A stretch of DNA of 64,000 nucleotides. It comes from Mytilus edulis. Taxonomy: Eukaryota. The position numbers were made by a program, and so were the translations under genes. The notes below the pieces were generated by a model. The model was given only the letters and a program-made list of their open reading frames with translations, was not told the origin of the DNA and did not search any database. Positions 24,369 to 37,494 of this stretch are shown here, in pieces (within the stretch, counting starts at the first letter, position 1; each line of letters begins with the position of its first letter). The DNA lies in contig NC_092356.1 in assembly GCF_963676685.1 (NCBI RefSeq), positions 36,270,001-36,334,000 on the forward strand. Reading direction: 5' to 3'.

Positions 24369-25221
24369 TTTTTAATCACCTAAAATTGTTGCTTGTTCTT
24401 TAACTATTTTATTGTATATAGTACTACTAGTATGCGCAATGTATTTTCTGTGTTCTTTTTTTATGTTTGCGGTATCAATTGCATAAAGCCATTCTTTCTT
24501 ACAGCTGCGTACCCTTCCGGAGCACCTAAGATCACCCCCAGTTTTTGGTGGGGTTCGTGTTGCTCAGTCTTTAGTTTTCTATGTTGTTTTTTGTGTACTA
24601 TTATTTGTCTGTTTGTCTTTTGTCTTTTGCGCTTTTAGCCATGGCGTTGTCAGTTTATTTTCGATTTATGAGTTTGACTGTTCCTCTGGTATCTTTCGCC
24701 CCTCTTTTTGTATCAATATCAGCCTGATATTATACATTATTCAAGAATCTATTCTGAATCAATTGTGTTGTTTGCCTGTTTTTAATCACCCTCTGTATCC
24801 TCTTAAATACGTTACGGCATCGAACAATACGAGCGGGAAGTGATGTTTTACAGTATATATACGTGAGTGTGTACATATGATAAAGACTAAGCTTGATGTT
24901 TGCAGAGTAAACCACGAAGTCAGTGTTACTTTGGTAGCTAACTTTAGAAAAAATAACAATAGTTATTGTTAGTGGATTTTATAATGGGACAAGAAACAAA
25001 ATTATATGAATGTAAAACTAAATGTGACCAGTTTGTAACAAAATTACGTCTCAAGCTGATAAAGAAATAATCGTTCATAGTGAAAAGGGGAGATTTGTGT
25101 GCACAATAAAGTGGTATAGTTTGTGAGAACATTATTAATACATAAAATCATATTATGGCTTTAAACAAGCATGTCAGTCAGTTATTTGTGTATACCAAAA
25201 CCTCTTAATTTTTGTAAACCA

Positions 25222-25350
25222 TGCGGTATGGGCTTTGCTCATTGTTGAAGGCCGTACGGTGACCTATAGTTGTTAATGTATGTGTCATTTTGGTCTCTTG
25301 TGGACAGTTGTCTCGTTGGCAATCATACCACATCTTCTGTTTTATATTCA
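25222..25350. repeat. Short interspersed repeat (also ~13005-13090)
   Basis: Shared TGTGTCATTTTGGTC...GTTGTCTC.TTGGCAATCATACCACATCTTC. Confidence 0.7.
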
Positions 25351-25504
25351 CCACCTAATGACTGTAAACAGTCAGACTATCTTTGTTTTAATTGCTTGTA
25401 TGTTGTTAGTATTTCTTCGTAGGAATCGCTGTTGTTGTCTGATATGTACCATAGAATTTAAATGATGCATAGCAATATTATACACCCATTCTGTACTGTA
25501 AAAT

Positions 25505-25750
25505 TAAAAGTAAAATAACAAAAATACTGAACTCCAAGGAAAATTCAAAACGGAAAGTTCCTAATCAAATGGCATAATCAAATGATAAAACACATTAAAC
25601 GAATGGACAACAACTGTCATATTCTTGACTTGGTACAGGCATTTTCAAATGTAGAAAATGGTGGATTCAACCTGGTTTTATAGCGCTAAACCTCTCACTT
25701 GTACGACAGTCGCATCAAATTCCATTATATTGACAAAGATGCTTGAACAA
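25505..25750. repeat. Interspersed repeat (also 30530-30950)
   Basis: Shared AAAATACTGAACTCC.AGGAAAATTCAAAAC.GAAAG..CCTAATCAAA. Confidence 0.7.
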
Positions 25751-26235
25751 AGTTTTGAATTCCTATCATTCCTTTTTATGAATTATTTATGCATTACATT
25801 TAAAAATTACTTACAAAAGTACTGACCTCCAAGATACATCCTATTATGGGGAAGTAAAATAAAACAAGTTCCGACTATATCAACCAACTGGAATATGAAA
25901 GTTGTTTTCCAGACTATCCGTCTGTAAAACAATTATTATATTCCAAACTTGGTACAATCATTTACCGAAGAAAAGAATGCATGGGTCGAAAATGGTTTTA
26001 TAGCTAGCTAAAACTCCCACTTGTATGACAGTTGTTAATAGTTCAGTTTTATTTAAACTAAATCATTTCTCTTATGAACTCGTCCCTCGTGAGAATTGGT
26101 GTGTTTGTAAAAGTCTAATTAACAAATCACCAACACATTTTAGACAGCTACAACAATAGTGTAACATTGCATATTTAGTACAAACAAAAGTAAAATACAT
26201 ATTTTATTAACTTAGTAATAACGAAAGCAAGGAAC

Positions 26236-27498
26236 CTAATTGATACCAGCAACGATATCCATAAAGAATCCAATATTAGCTATTATCAAAATACTGCTGA
26301 ATAAGACAATCAAACATTTATCTAAGAATCCTCTTATGTCTTTCCATGTGACGTCATCTTGTTTTTCATCTTTACCATATGTATTCTCGTTAGTTTTATT
26401 TGCAAAATCTGTAAGTGCTATTCCATTGGGGATTTTGTTTTTTTCGGCATGTACAGCATTCGTTTTAGACTTTCTACAATCCAAGAAACATTGCCGAAAC
26501 CTCACAAAACACTTCCAGAATCCTGTTGCAGGAACATTATCAGTTCGATGATGAAGAATTAGTCCCAAGATAGTGCAAACCATCATTAATGCACTGATTA
26601 TTAGGTCAACACTCAATTTAACGACCACTGATGATAGTCTTGGAGAAGACGTATTAGGCAGTGAATCTGCTATGATTGTCATAAAAACGGCAATTGACAG
26701 CAAGAGTGTTATACTGAATCCGACACGTTCTCCAGAGTCAGCAGGTAACACGAACACAAACATATTCAACACTCCAAGTAGTATAATCGGAAATATAATG
26801 TTAATCATAAAAAATGTAGGTCTTCTTTTGAATTTCATGGTAAAATGGACACCGTTTGTACTACTTTGTGTATACACGTTTGATGAAACGTAATCCCACG
26901 TTGGATTTTGATTGTAAGAAGACAAGTCTACTGTGGTTTGTTTCAAGGTCACATTTATTTCACTTGCATCGTGCTCCCATGGTAGCAGCCAGATCTCACA
27001 TGTCTGAGAATCAAATGGAAAATAAGACACATCAGCATCACAAGACATCTGGTAACTATCGGCAGGGTACCAGTACGCTGAACCGTCAGAGTAAACACGG
27101 ATTGTAGATTGCTGTAAGGATATCACAATAGCATCTGCATAGGGGTTTCCAATAAGCAGATGAGGTTTCCACATGTATCCCGACGGAATACGGATTGAAT
27201 CTGTGTTATCATAATATGTTGGATCCCATGTTAAATTATTGTCCTTCCAATTTATTTCAAAAAACCCTGTTACAGAAAATTTGCTGTTGTTGTCATCTAG
27301 ATCTTGAAGGTTCACAAGAAAGAACTTGAACCCAACTGTTGTTGCTGTATTAAGATCTGATTCTGGTCTGATATAACTGTAATTGTATGTAGTCAATCGG
27401 TCGTACAGCAAGGTTACGGACGAATGTGAGGCAGTGAGGCTGAATTGTATATTACTGATAAACGTTATATAAATTACTGCTAGTTCACAAAACCTCAT
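26236..27498 (-). CDS. Intronless nAChR-like Cys-loop channel subunit, tandem paralogue (420 aa from ATG 27498)
   Basis: Signal peptide MRFCELAVIYITF; identical Cys loop and M2; no vicinal CC; clear paralogue of 21724-22956. Confidence 0.93.
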   Translation of the reverse strand: MRFCELAVIYITFISNIQFSLTASHSSVTLLYDRLTTYNYSYIRPESDLNTATTVGFKFFLVNLQDLDDNNSKFSVTGFFEINWKDNNLTWDPTYYDNTDSIRIPSGYMWKPHLLIGNPYADAIVISLQQSTIRVYSDGSAYWYPADSYQMSCDADVSYFPFDSQTCEIWLLPWEHDASEINVTLKQTTVDLSSYNQNPTWDYVSSNVYTQSSTNGVHFTMKFKRRPTFFMINIIFPIILLGVLNMFVFVLPADSGERVGFSITLLLSIAVFMTIIADSLPNTSSPRLSSVVVKLSVDLIISALMMVCTILGLILHHRTDNVPATGFWKCFVRFRQCFLDCRKSKTNAVHAEKNKIPNGIALTDFANKTNENTYGKDEKQDDVTWKDIRGFLDKCLIVLFSSILIIANIGFFMDIVAGIN

Positions 27499-27934
27499 GA
27501 TTGAAAGGTTCACTCACTACGATAAACAAGAATCCGAAGATAATTTGTTTGAATTTATTAAAATAGATTGCTAATAGTTTGGTTGCAATTTACTTTTTAA
27601 CTTACCTATTATGAAGGTTTTTAAACCATGAAATACACAAACGATCATTTAAATATACTTGACCTCTATTGAAATTTATTGTTCCGATTCAAAAACATAA
27701 ACATTATAGGTATAAAACGTAAAAGATATTCGTGTATGACGTACGTTACCTTAAATTCAACCCAACTTGAGGTAATTTCACCTGTAACGATCTTCTTTTT
27801 TATTTCATTGACTTTTTTGTTTTTCTTTGAATAAAAAAGAATTGTCTTGTCGATATATAGATAGAACTGCACAATAAGCTATATTGAATCGTTTCATAAT
27901 TTTCTTCTGCTCTGGTCATCTCATTATATGCAGT

Positions 27935-29322
27935 CAGGGCCGTAACTGCCTATGAGGCAGGGGAGGCAACTCAGGGGAGGGAGTTTGCCTCCCCTGAATT
28001 TTCTACACCAATTTTTTTTTTTTGAAGTAATAAAATAAAATATTGACAATATTTACACGAATAAGTTGAATTTATATTATAAACAACACAAGTTTACAGT
28101 TTTAACACTGTTATCTTGATACGTGATAGCCTATGTCTGTCATTTTTCGGATTTTCGATCGAAAGTAAACCGTTTCAGTACTTGTTTTTTTTTCGTGTGG
28201 CCGTCCGTCTGTTATTCAGTATTGAGGCCCTCAGGGGGTCAGTATTCGTATGAGAACAAATATGAAACTTTTCATCGGCTTTCGAAAATTTTGAATAAAA
28301 ACTTAACTATTCACATTTGTGCTGGGGCTCATTTATTTAAGCAGAGGAAGTTCCTTTTGTATTGTGAATCTTTTAAGATATCGGAAATTCGTTACCGGCT
28401 GAATCAGCTGTTGGATCGTTTTTTAAGTCTCCCAATCGTACGAGAACAATATGGTCAATGCCTTAGAAGTCAAACACTCCCATTCGTTGTAGCAGGGGGT
28501 TTCTATACTAAGTTTATACTAGAGTAGTATATAAATGTCGAAGAATATAACTTAAACACGATAATTAATACATTAAAAGTTCGGTTAGATTTTAAATAGA
28601 AATACGCAATATTTCGCTAAACAAATTAACTTTATCAGGCGTGTGCATCTCTCAAGGTGAAATCGGATGCATGACAAAAAAATATTTATGTAGCTTAATC
28701 TATACAAGAGTTGAGGAAAAGTGTATATATATATATATAGAAAGTCTCTGGTTGTAGTCATATGATTATATACATGTCTTTTCAGCTTTCAACAATATTG
28801 AAAGATCCTCAATAAAATAAATATCTTGCGTTCTATAATCTTGCTTTATCCATATTATATGTCTTTTAAACTTACCAGTTTCTAAAAAAAAATTCTTTAA
28901 ATACTGAAAATACAGATAATAATTGTTTGCATAAAAATTGCTCCAAGGATCAAGCAAAACTGACCTTTCTTAAAGTAAGAAAATTGAAAGAAAACGTGTA
29001 GTTTTAGCAATATCTTTTGAAAAAAAAATCCGCGATCACAATGTATTTTATGTTAAGAATTATAGGTCAAAGTACAGCATTCAAGACAGAGCCTTGGCTC
29101 ACTCTGAACAGCAATCTCAACTTGTTTTTGCATAAAAGTTGCGGAGCAATACTGATGTTTCTTAAAGTAAGGAAATCGAAGGGAAACGGGTAATTTTTAG
29201 CCAATGACTGGGAGAAAAAAATCGGCGGGGGGCTACGCCCCCCAACCCCCTATCAAGGGGGCCTCATTCGGCGGCCCCCAAACCCCTGCCTCCCCTGAAT
29301 TCGAACCCTAGTTACGGCCCTG
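27935..29322. mobile_element. CAG-ended hAT-like MITE
   Basis: TIR CAGGGCCGTAACT; 5-bp TSD GCAGT. Confidence 0.8.
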
Positions 29323-29649
29323 GCAGTGTGTCGATTAAACTGATTCTAAAGGGTTCTACTGGAATTTGAATATTGAATATCAAATGGTCTATAACATATA
29401 CTGAAAAAAATTAAGCAATTGTAAATAATTTTGATAAAATCAAAATGATTTATACAACACTACATGTTGCTGTTATAAAGCTGTTTGAAACACAATTTCA
29501 CGACGTGTTTTTGTAAAATTTTGCATCTAAGGATGTCGACATCAATTAATCAACTTGAAAATGAACTTACGTGTGTCAGAAAGTAAAAAAATTAAAAGCT
29601 TAACTTCCGAAAAGGTTTTTTTAATTGAGTATGTCCTCCTTATATACTT

Positions 29650-30330
29650 AAAAGAGGGGCGAAAGATAATAGAGGGACATTCAAACTCATAGATCAATTA
29701 AACTGACAACGCAATGGTAACAAAAGAAAAAGACAAACAGAAAACAGTAGTTCACAAGACACAACATAGGAAACTAAAGAATAAGCAACACGAACCCCAC
29801 AAAAAACTGGGGTTGAACTCAGGTGATTCGGTAGGGTAAGCACATCCTGCAGGTCATGTGGAACGTATCCGTCGTGTTGCTCATGTTATTATAAATATTC
29901 TAATTCGGTAGCTGGTCACATTCATGGAAAGGGAACGGGATTGTAGTTACAACATTCGGAATATATATATCCGATATCATCTATACGTGAAACGCGGATT
30001 TTCCGTAACGGTCACCCAACTCGTGTTGGCGTCCTTAAAATTTAGGGAGGGATGATTTCAACTTCACCATTTGGAACTCTTGGTTTAATAGTTTCTATGT
30101 GAGCAGCAATCCTCTTTCAATGAAATCATGATTGGAAATAAGCCCGGGAATATCGTATCAAAAGGGAGATATACACCGTTTGCAGGCGCTGCTAAAATGC
30201 TGCTACACAGAAATGAACAATTCACCATTTGGGAAGCTGAAACATCTCTTTTGTCGTTGAGATTTGGTTTCAACCTATACCCTCATTGTCAATTTATAGA
30301 TGTAAGTGAAGATATAAGGTAGACTTAACT
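29650..30330 (-). pseudogene. Penelope-like RT C-terminal remnant with 3' tail
   Basis: KPNLNDKRDVS...FLCSSILAAPANGVY, homologous to the other remnants. Confidence 0.6.
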
Positions 30331-31295
30331 ATATCTGTTTTATTCTTTTTCTCTAGTTCGATTGGATAGATGAGTTCAACATATAGGCACCAAATTTTGA
30401 ATTTTTTAGTGAGAAAAAAACATCTAAATAGCTGAAAGTATAGTTAAAGGAGATTGCTACCGTCTTTTCTATCTTACTATTTAATTTTTTTTTTTATCAT
30501 TTTCCAAATGTTAGAAATTTTAGAAAAAACTAAAATCACAAAAATACTGAACTCCGAGGAAAATTCAAAACAGAAAGTCCCTAATCAAAGGCAATATCAA
30601 ATGATAAAACACATCAAACGAACGGAAACAATTGTAATATTTCTGACTGGGTGCAGGCATTTTCAAATGTAGAAAATAGAAGATTGAACCTGGTTTTATA
30701 GCGCTGAACCTCTTACTTGTATGAGAGTCGCATCAGATTTCATTAAATTTACAACGATGCGTGAACAAAACAGACATAATATGCAAGATTGTCAATAAAG
30801 GGGTAAAGTAGTCATCTCCGTGTCACAATCTCAATTAGAACAAAAACAAACAAATATTTAACAAAGAAGCACAAAAAAGCATCTATCAAATTTTACAACC
30901 ACATCCATTGCTTACTTATACATGTATATGTATTTTAAATCAACCCATAAAAGATTGAAATATTTGAAGTCCTGTGACTGAATGGCAAGGTTCACATCAA
31001 CTCTAGTGAAGAGTAGCGTGTTTGACGTCAGAATGTAAATGCACATTACTGTCTTTGTAAGTAGCCTATGCAGTCTCTGTTGTAAATACCTAACCTACGC
31101 CATTTTTGAAATTTAAAATTGTACAAGAGTTGGTGGGTTCGGCTAAATTGTATCAACTTTTAGGATTGTTATAGTAAATTCAGAATATATCATATATTTC
31201 ATTTTATATCAAAATCATACTGATTAAGGATATCTGTTATCCGAAATATTTATACAAATTATATTTAATGTTTCTTTTTAAGGTCTTTAGCTTAA

Positions 31296-31887
31296 GGTGG
31301 TATGGATGTCTTCCTCCATCTTGGATTGTAAAAAACAGAGAACCAAAGGTCCAGATTTTCCATCAAGTTAGCAAAATTTGATGCAGGAATGCAGATATTT
31401 AATGTGAATTTTCATTTATAAGAACCAATTTATAAGAATTTAACTTATAAATATTAATATTTTTGCAAATGTTAATTATTTTTGGTTGTTTTTAATTTGT
31501 TTTAAATAAGCATTTCCAGGGGAGGTAACTCTAAAACAGTGCATTTTCTGTAGGATTCTACATGGAATTTTCCTTTTATGTATTTTAGCCGAGAAAAACG
31601 TACGGTGACCCTATCTTTTCTTTTGATATTCTCACAGCAGTGTCTGAAAGCTATCTTTTCCTGAAGTATTTAACAATTCTATCTTTTTGTTTAGTTTCTA
31701 ATCACAAAATGGTTTTTTTTCCTGTATAATCCATACAAAATGTGTCATTTTATCTGGTCCTGTAGCTTGAGAAAATGCGCGGTGACCTATCATTTTTATT
31801 ATATTTTCCAACATGTATCAATAGATACTACGTTTTGGCAAAGTATGAACAAATTCTATCATTTTTATTTTAGACTCCCATACCACC
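31296..31887. mobile_element. TTAA-flanked Kolobok-like MITE
   Basis: TTAA-GGTGGTATGG...CCATACCACC-TTAA. Confidence 0.75.
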
Positions 31888-32559
31888 TTAAAAGCGTAAA
31901 ATTAATGGTTTTGGGGTATCTTTAAATTCAAAAATTTACTCTTTGGTCAATTTCAAACAAAACATATGGGAGTGTACGTGATTCTGTTAATGCAAGTTCA
32001 CAAGAGACCATAGCTACCAAATTTAAATTCAAACCCATAAGTCGAAAATAATTGACAACGTCATAACACTGAATAAAAGAAAAGACCAAATGACAAACAA
32101 CATCATATAAACAAAGCATATAAAACTAAAGACTAAGCAACACGAACCCAACCAAAAAACTGCTGAGGTTCTCAGGTGCCCGGGACGGGTATGCAGATCC
32201 TGTTGTAACTTTTTTATAATTTCTGTACATGTATTCTTGTCTTTCATTTTTATGCAAATGCCTAGCTGTATGCCTTTTTGTGTTTCTTTCTTTCATATGA
32301 AGTGGCTCGAAAGGAATCTGTGACGTACCCATCCATATTACAGAAGTGGGAAATACAGATACAGATAAATCCCGTCGTTGTATTATTTTTCCATTGTTAA
32401 TGATTGTTAATATATTTGTTTGTTTTTACAGTGAATAAGATGATAACACAATGTTGACTGCTGTATCCCTATTATAATGATTATTGACATTTTAACCTAT
32501 TATGTCTGTTTGTTTTGTTCACACATCGTTGTCAATATAATGGAATTTTATGCAACTCG

Positions 32560-33200
32560 GGGGAGGTGGAATCGTTGTTTCGACAAAGGGAACATGTCCA
32601 TTGGCATCTATGAAACAGAATATTATTCCATAATGGTCAACCGACTAGTAAAAACATCCGTAAAAATTACGAAGGGATGATTTCAATTTCAAATCTTAAA
32701 AAAAAGCTTCCGTGTGAGCAGCAACCCTGTAACAAGGAAATCGTACAATAGGACATACAAACCCTGGAATATCGTACGAACTAGGAGATACATGAACACT
32801 CTTTGCAGGCGCTGCTGGAATGCTGTTACATAGAAATGGAAAGTTCACAATGTGGCAACTAAAATCAACTCTTTTTGTCGTTAAGTTTTGTTTTCAACCC
32901 ACCCTTATTTTCAATTTTAAATGTATCTTTTATCTTACGTTCTTTAGGATAGATGCGTTCAACATAGTCACCGTGACACTTCGAATTATTTAGTAAAGGC
33001 AGCATCGATATATAGTGGTAAGTCAAGTTAGAGGATAATGCCAACTTCTCTTCTTTCTTTCTTGGAAACTCTTGTATAAAGTCAGCTTCATATGAACATA
33101 GGAACAAGTCGATAAGAAAATGAGCACTGTTTGTTGCATTAGGAATGCCAATTCTTTTTTTTAAACACGTCTTCCAAATGTAACAAATATGTTGTCAATC
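32560..33200 (-). pseudogene. Penelope-like RT remnant
   Basis: LFLCSYEADFIQE...KLALSSNLTYHYI...GDYVERIYP...LKTKLNDK. Confidence 0.7.
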
Positions 33201-33853
33201 AAGTAATGATGCTTTTTTGTAAATGAAAATTTAAGATGCAATTGATTTGGTATAGGTACACTACAATAAAAAAAGTGATGTACAGAGTACACTTTTACAA
33301 AGGGAGCTATTTTCTATTGAACTGACTAATGATGAAGGATATTGCCCAACTTGATGACTTCGAACCTTTGTTGGCAAACAAATTTTAGAAAGCCGGATAT
33401 TTTCTCCTTTTCTTCTTTTCCAATGCTTATATATAGGTTTGAAAAGTCAGTGACTGGCAATATCCGAGTGTTTTTGTTTGGATAAATGGGTGAGAATGAA
33501 GTATTTAAAGGGTTCATAAAAAAAAGGTTCGTGCAAATTATGAAGAACAGCCAACTGCTGTTGTTTAAATGGCAGAAAACCATCATGAAGACTTAATGGT
33601 GTATAATGACGATTATCCGTGACGACTTCATCTACGTCGAAGAGTAGACTAGTTGAAAATGTGCATAACATTCACCGAGCTGCAGGAAGGACTAGATCTA
33701 ATAATTTTATCATAAACTTTATCATTGCAACCATACTTGTGGCGTCGAAGGTTCCCAATTCTTCGATGGTCTTCCTGTTGTCTACGGAGATGTGTTGCAA
33801 GATGAGAGATGTTAGTCCTATGGTATATATTTTCAATGATTTGAATTTGCATA

Positions 33854-34542
33854 ACGTAACGGTACCCAAATTGCACAGAGTACCCAAATTGTACCTATTT
33901 AGCAAAAGTAGCAGCGAAAATCTTACAAGATTTCATAGAGACTAAACAATTTGTATTTTTATGATTTGATACTAAGCACATCTTTTAACATAGGTAAAAC
34001 TATTTAAATATGCACAAAACGTTCACAGTATTTATCAACAGATGAAGTATTTACTGAAAAGCAAAATGTACTGAAACGTCGCCATGCGACGTCATCAAAA
34101 CGTCATCTTTTTAAAATGAGCAAATACAATATTTTACCGTGAAGTATCCATTTAAAAAATAATGAAGAGTAAGCATGGACTAATATCCAATTGTTCAAAA
34201 TATTTGAAGAAATTAAACAAAAGCTCTGTTATTAAACTTTTGACGATGTGAATTTAGGCATGGATGCAATTTGGGTACTCCTCATTTCAGAACAAGGACG
34301 TATAACTAACATATATAATAGTCTAATATACGTCCTTGTTTCAGAATCATTGATGGTTTGGAGGTCAGTTTAGACCAATTTTTCTATGATTCCATATGGA
34401 ATAAAAATCAAATTGGTTTACCTTTATAATAAAGAAGGATACGGCTACAAAATAAACACAGAATGGACATTTTTGTCTTTATCATAAAAAAAATGTAGAT
34501 GAAAAAACTGTCAAAATAGGTGCAATTTGGGTACCGTCACGT
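33854..34542. mobile_element. TA-flanked (Tc1/pogo-like) MITE
   Basis: TIR ACGTAACGGTACCCAAATTGCAC / GTGCAATTTGGGTACCGTCACGT; TA TSD. Confidence 0.8.
34293..34338. mobile_element. 46-bp hairpin micro-element
   Basis: TIR CAAGGACGTATA/TATACGTCCTTG; 8-bp TSD TTTCAGAA. Confidence 0.7.
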
Positions 34543-35370
34543 TAGACATAATTGAAAGATCAAGCTGATTAAAATGCAGGTGAGGCAATTTAGCTTGAAA
34601 TTTTGTTGATTTCTGGTCTATGGCCGCACATACGTTTTATTAAGCCTTCTTTTCGTTTCAACGACATGTACCAATGATCCGCAAAGACACATAAAAAGTC
34701 AGTATATCTATTAATCTAACGTCTCAATAAGCATGATCCAGTATAAGCATTCGCCGTTTTTTTTAAGTTGATCATACCATAGACTCACTGGTATCATTGT
34801 TTTATTTTTCAAAAGAATTTTTTCAAGACTTTATCTTCTAATAAAAATCAAACTTTCAAGTTGGGAATAAGACAAAATTCACAGTCTATTTCAGTAAAAA
34901 TCACCTATTTTTTTTTTTTGCAAAACTGGTAGCTTGAAGAGATTTTTTACTTTTTATATCATTTTGGTAAATTATATGAAAACATGTCAGTTTAGCAACA
35001 AGCTGAGCTGGTTACCGCAACAAAAAAAATATAAAAAAATCCGTTTTTCATAATCCCTATCGCGTACCGTATGGGTTTTGTCAGTTATAGACAACAATCA
35101 CATTGACGCTTTGATAAAAAGTTGCTTTGCATTAAAACACGCATAAGAGGTAGAATTCCCGGCATGGACAACCATCGATTTCGCCGGTAGTAATTCTATT
35201 GCGCTTTCATACATTGTGTGGTAAATATTATATGTCATTAATTCTCTTCTAAACACGAAGGTCTTTAAGGATCCGGGTCGTATCGCCAAGATTTTCGAGC
35301 TGACCCATAGTCGTGACGTCCCTATGAAAAAGCCATCCCAAGATCAACATCTCAACTTTCAAAAGCTTAA

Positions 35371-35959
35371 GGTTCATCATAACAAATGGACAAATATGGC
35401 CGTATTTTTACCTCAAAAACTACTCTGTGTGCAGACTTACCTGTGCTGTTTGGAAAGTTTTAATGCCTAGCATCCACTAGATATATAAAAGTTAAATGCA
35501 TTTTGTGTTTAAGAAAGATAAAATCTTTGTTGGTTTTTGATGGGCATTTTTTTTCCTTTCTGAAGAAGGTTTAAAAATAAACAAACACCTGAATTACTTT
35601 GATACTGTCCACTCACTGACTTAGATAAACTCTTTAACTCACCTATAGTTGTGAAGATACCTGTTGTCCATATCAATTAAGGACAATCAAAACAATACAA
35701 ACCGGTTTTTTACCTAAGGGAGCATCTCATAGTTGTACCACAACTTAGTTAATTTTCACACCTTTTGCATGAAGGAAAAAAAATGCCCATCAAAATCCAA
35801 AAGAGATTTTATCTGTCTGAAACACAAAATGCTTTTAACTTTATTATATCTAGTGGATGCCAGGCATTAAAACTTTTCCAACTTCACAGGTAAGTCTGTA
35901 CTCTGAGTAATTTTTGGCATGTCAATACAGCCATATTTGTCCGTTTGTTATGATGAACC
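35371..35959. mobile_element. Foldback MITE with ~200-bp inverted arms
   Basis: GGTTCATCATAACAAATGGACAAATATGGC...GCCATATTTGTCCGTTTGTTATGATGAACC; TTAA/TTAT flanks. Confidence 0.75.
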
Positions 35960-36110
35960 TTATTTATATAACTTATAAGACTATAATTTGTATACAGACA
36001 ACGTAAGATCCATTGAGCTTTTAAATCTTCTTCTTCTTCTGCGTCTTACATTAACATGCATTCCACCTCTGCGCACTCTTGTGAATTGTCACATTTTCAT
36101 GATTTTACTA

Positions 36111-37459
36111 GGAAGCAGGACAAATCGCCCCACACCAAATTGCCCCACTTTTAAAAAAATCGCCCCAAACTGGTTTACCAACTCGCCCCACATTTAAAAA
36201 AATCGCCTCACTTGTGAAAAGGGTTAAATCCCGTTAATGTTTCACCTGTCAACTCGCCCCACTTATTGAATAAAGGTAAAATCTACTTCAATATATAATT
36301 TCCAGGCCTACCAACTAGTCCCACTTTAAATGAAAACTAGTCTACACTGAACAGAATACGCAAAAAAAACTGAAATTTATTGAACCATTTTTTTTTTTTT
36401 AAATTAAATGATGTTTTACATTCTTAGAATATAAATGCAAATACATTTTCGTATCATTGTTGGAGAATAACTTTATACTTGTAAAGCTTAGTTATTTGTA
36501 TAACAATTGAAAATAAACCTGTTAATTGAATCATAATCGTACAATTAAAGGATTACAATTAACAGCAATTTGATTTAAAGTACCTCAGGCCAAAAAAAAA
36601 AATAGGTGTGTTTCCGGTCGCCCGACCGACCCTAATTTTTTGGCGCCGACCCTAACTTTTTTTTCCCAGAAAAAAAAAAACAAAAAAAATCTGGATTTTT
36701 TTCGTTTTTTTCCGGAAACGGTTTTTGTTTAATATAGCCTTTGAATGGCATCTTTTAAACGTTTGATTTCAAATAAAATTTTAATACAGTAAGCATTTGT
36801 GTGATACAGATTGAAGTCAAACAACGGCATGGCTTCTGCTATGGCCATCAGTCAAAGTGTGTTATCAATAACAATCGATGTTTATAATTTGTTCAGAATT
36901 TTATAGGAATAAAATTGACAGTATAACAAGTTTACAATGTTTTGGCATTTACTTCTGACAGTCTTTTCTAATATAAGAGGGAAGCCAAACGTTCAATTTA
37001 GGATTAAATTTAATTTTAATATCTGATATTTGCTCAACCATAGCCCCAAAACTCAATTTGTAATTGATTTTCTTTTAAACAGCTAGTATATAATCAAAAT
37101 TTCAAAGATTTTCACCCATCCCTCTATCATGTTATTAATATTTGGTATTTGTAGAAAAGCTGGCATCAGTTCTGTGAACTAAATTGTCTGAAAGAAACTG
37201 ATTATAAAACAGGTCTTTGCTGAGACAGACTTTGATGGGCTTTCTGTGTAAGACTATAGCCTGACCCGTACAGATGGCATATCAGTTCTGAAAAGTTTGA
37301 AAATTTTATAAGCTGGAAGTCCTGGCCATGCAAGTCTTCTGCAACTTTTGAACATGGACTATTCATATCTTGTATACTTTATACAATGAACTGATGAAAA
37401 TAACCTGAAAGAATAACAAACTGATTATAAAAATACACAAAAAACAACCGAAGCAGGCC

Positions 37460-37494
<35 letters not shown>

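Noticed and set aside
27499-27513. GTG start for the 425-aa receptor ORF
   Set aside because: Eukaryotic gene; ATG at 27498 gives a proper signal peptide
28123-28527. 134-aa ORF
   Set aside because: GTG start, inside a MITE, no recognisable motif
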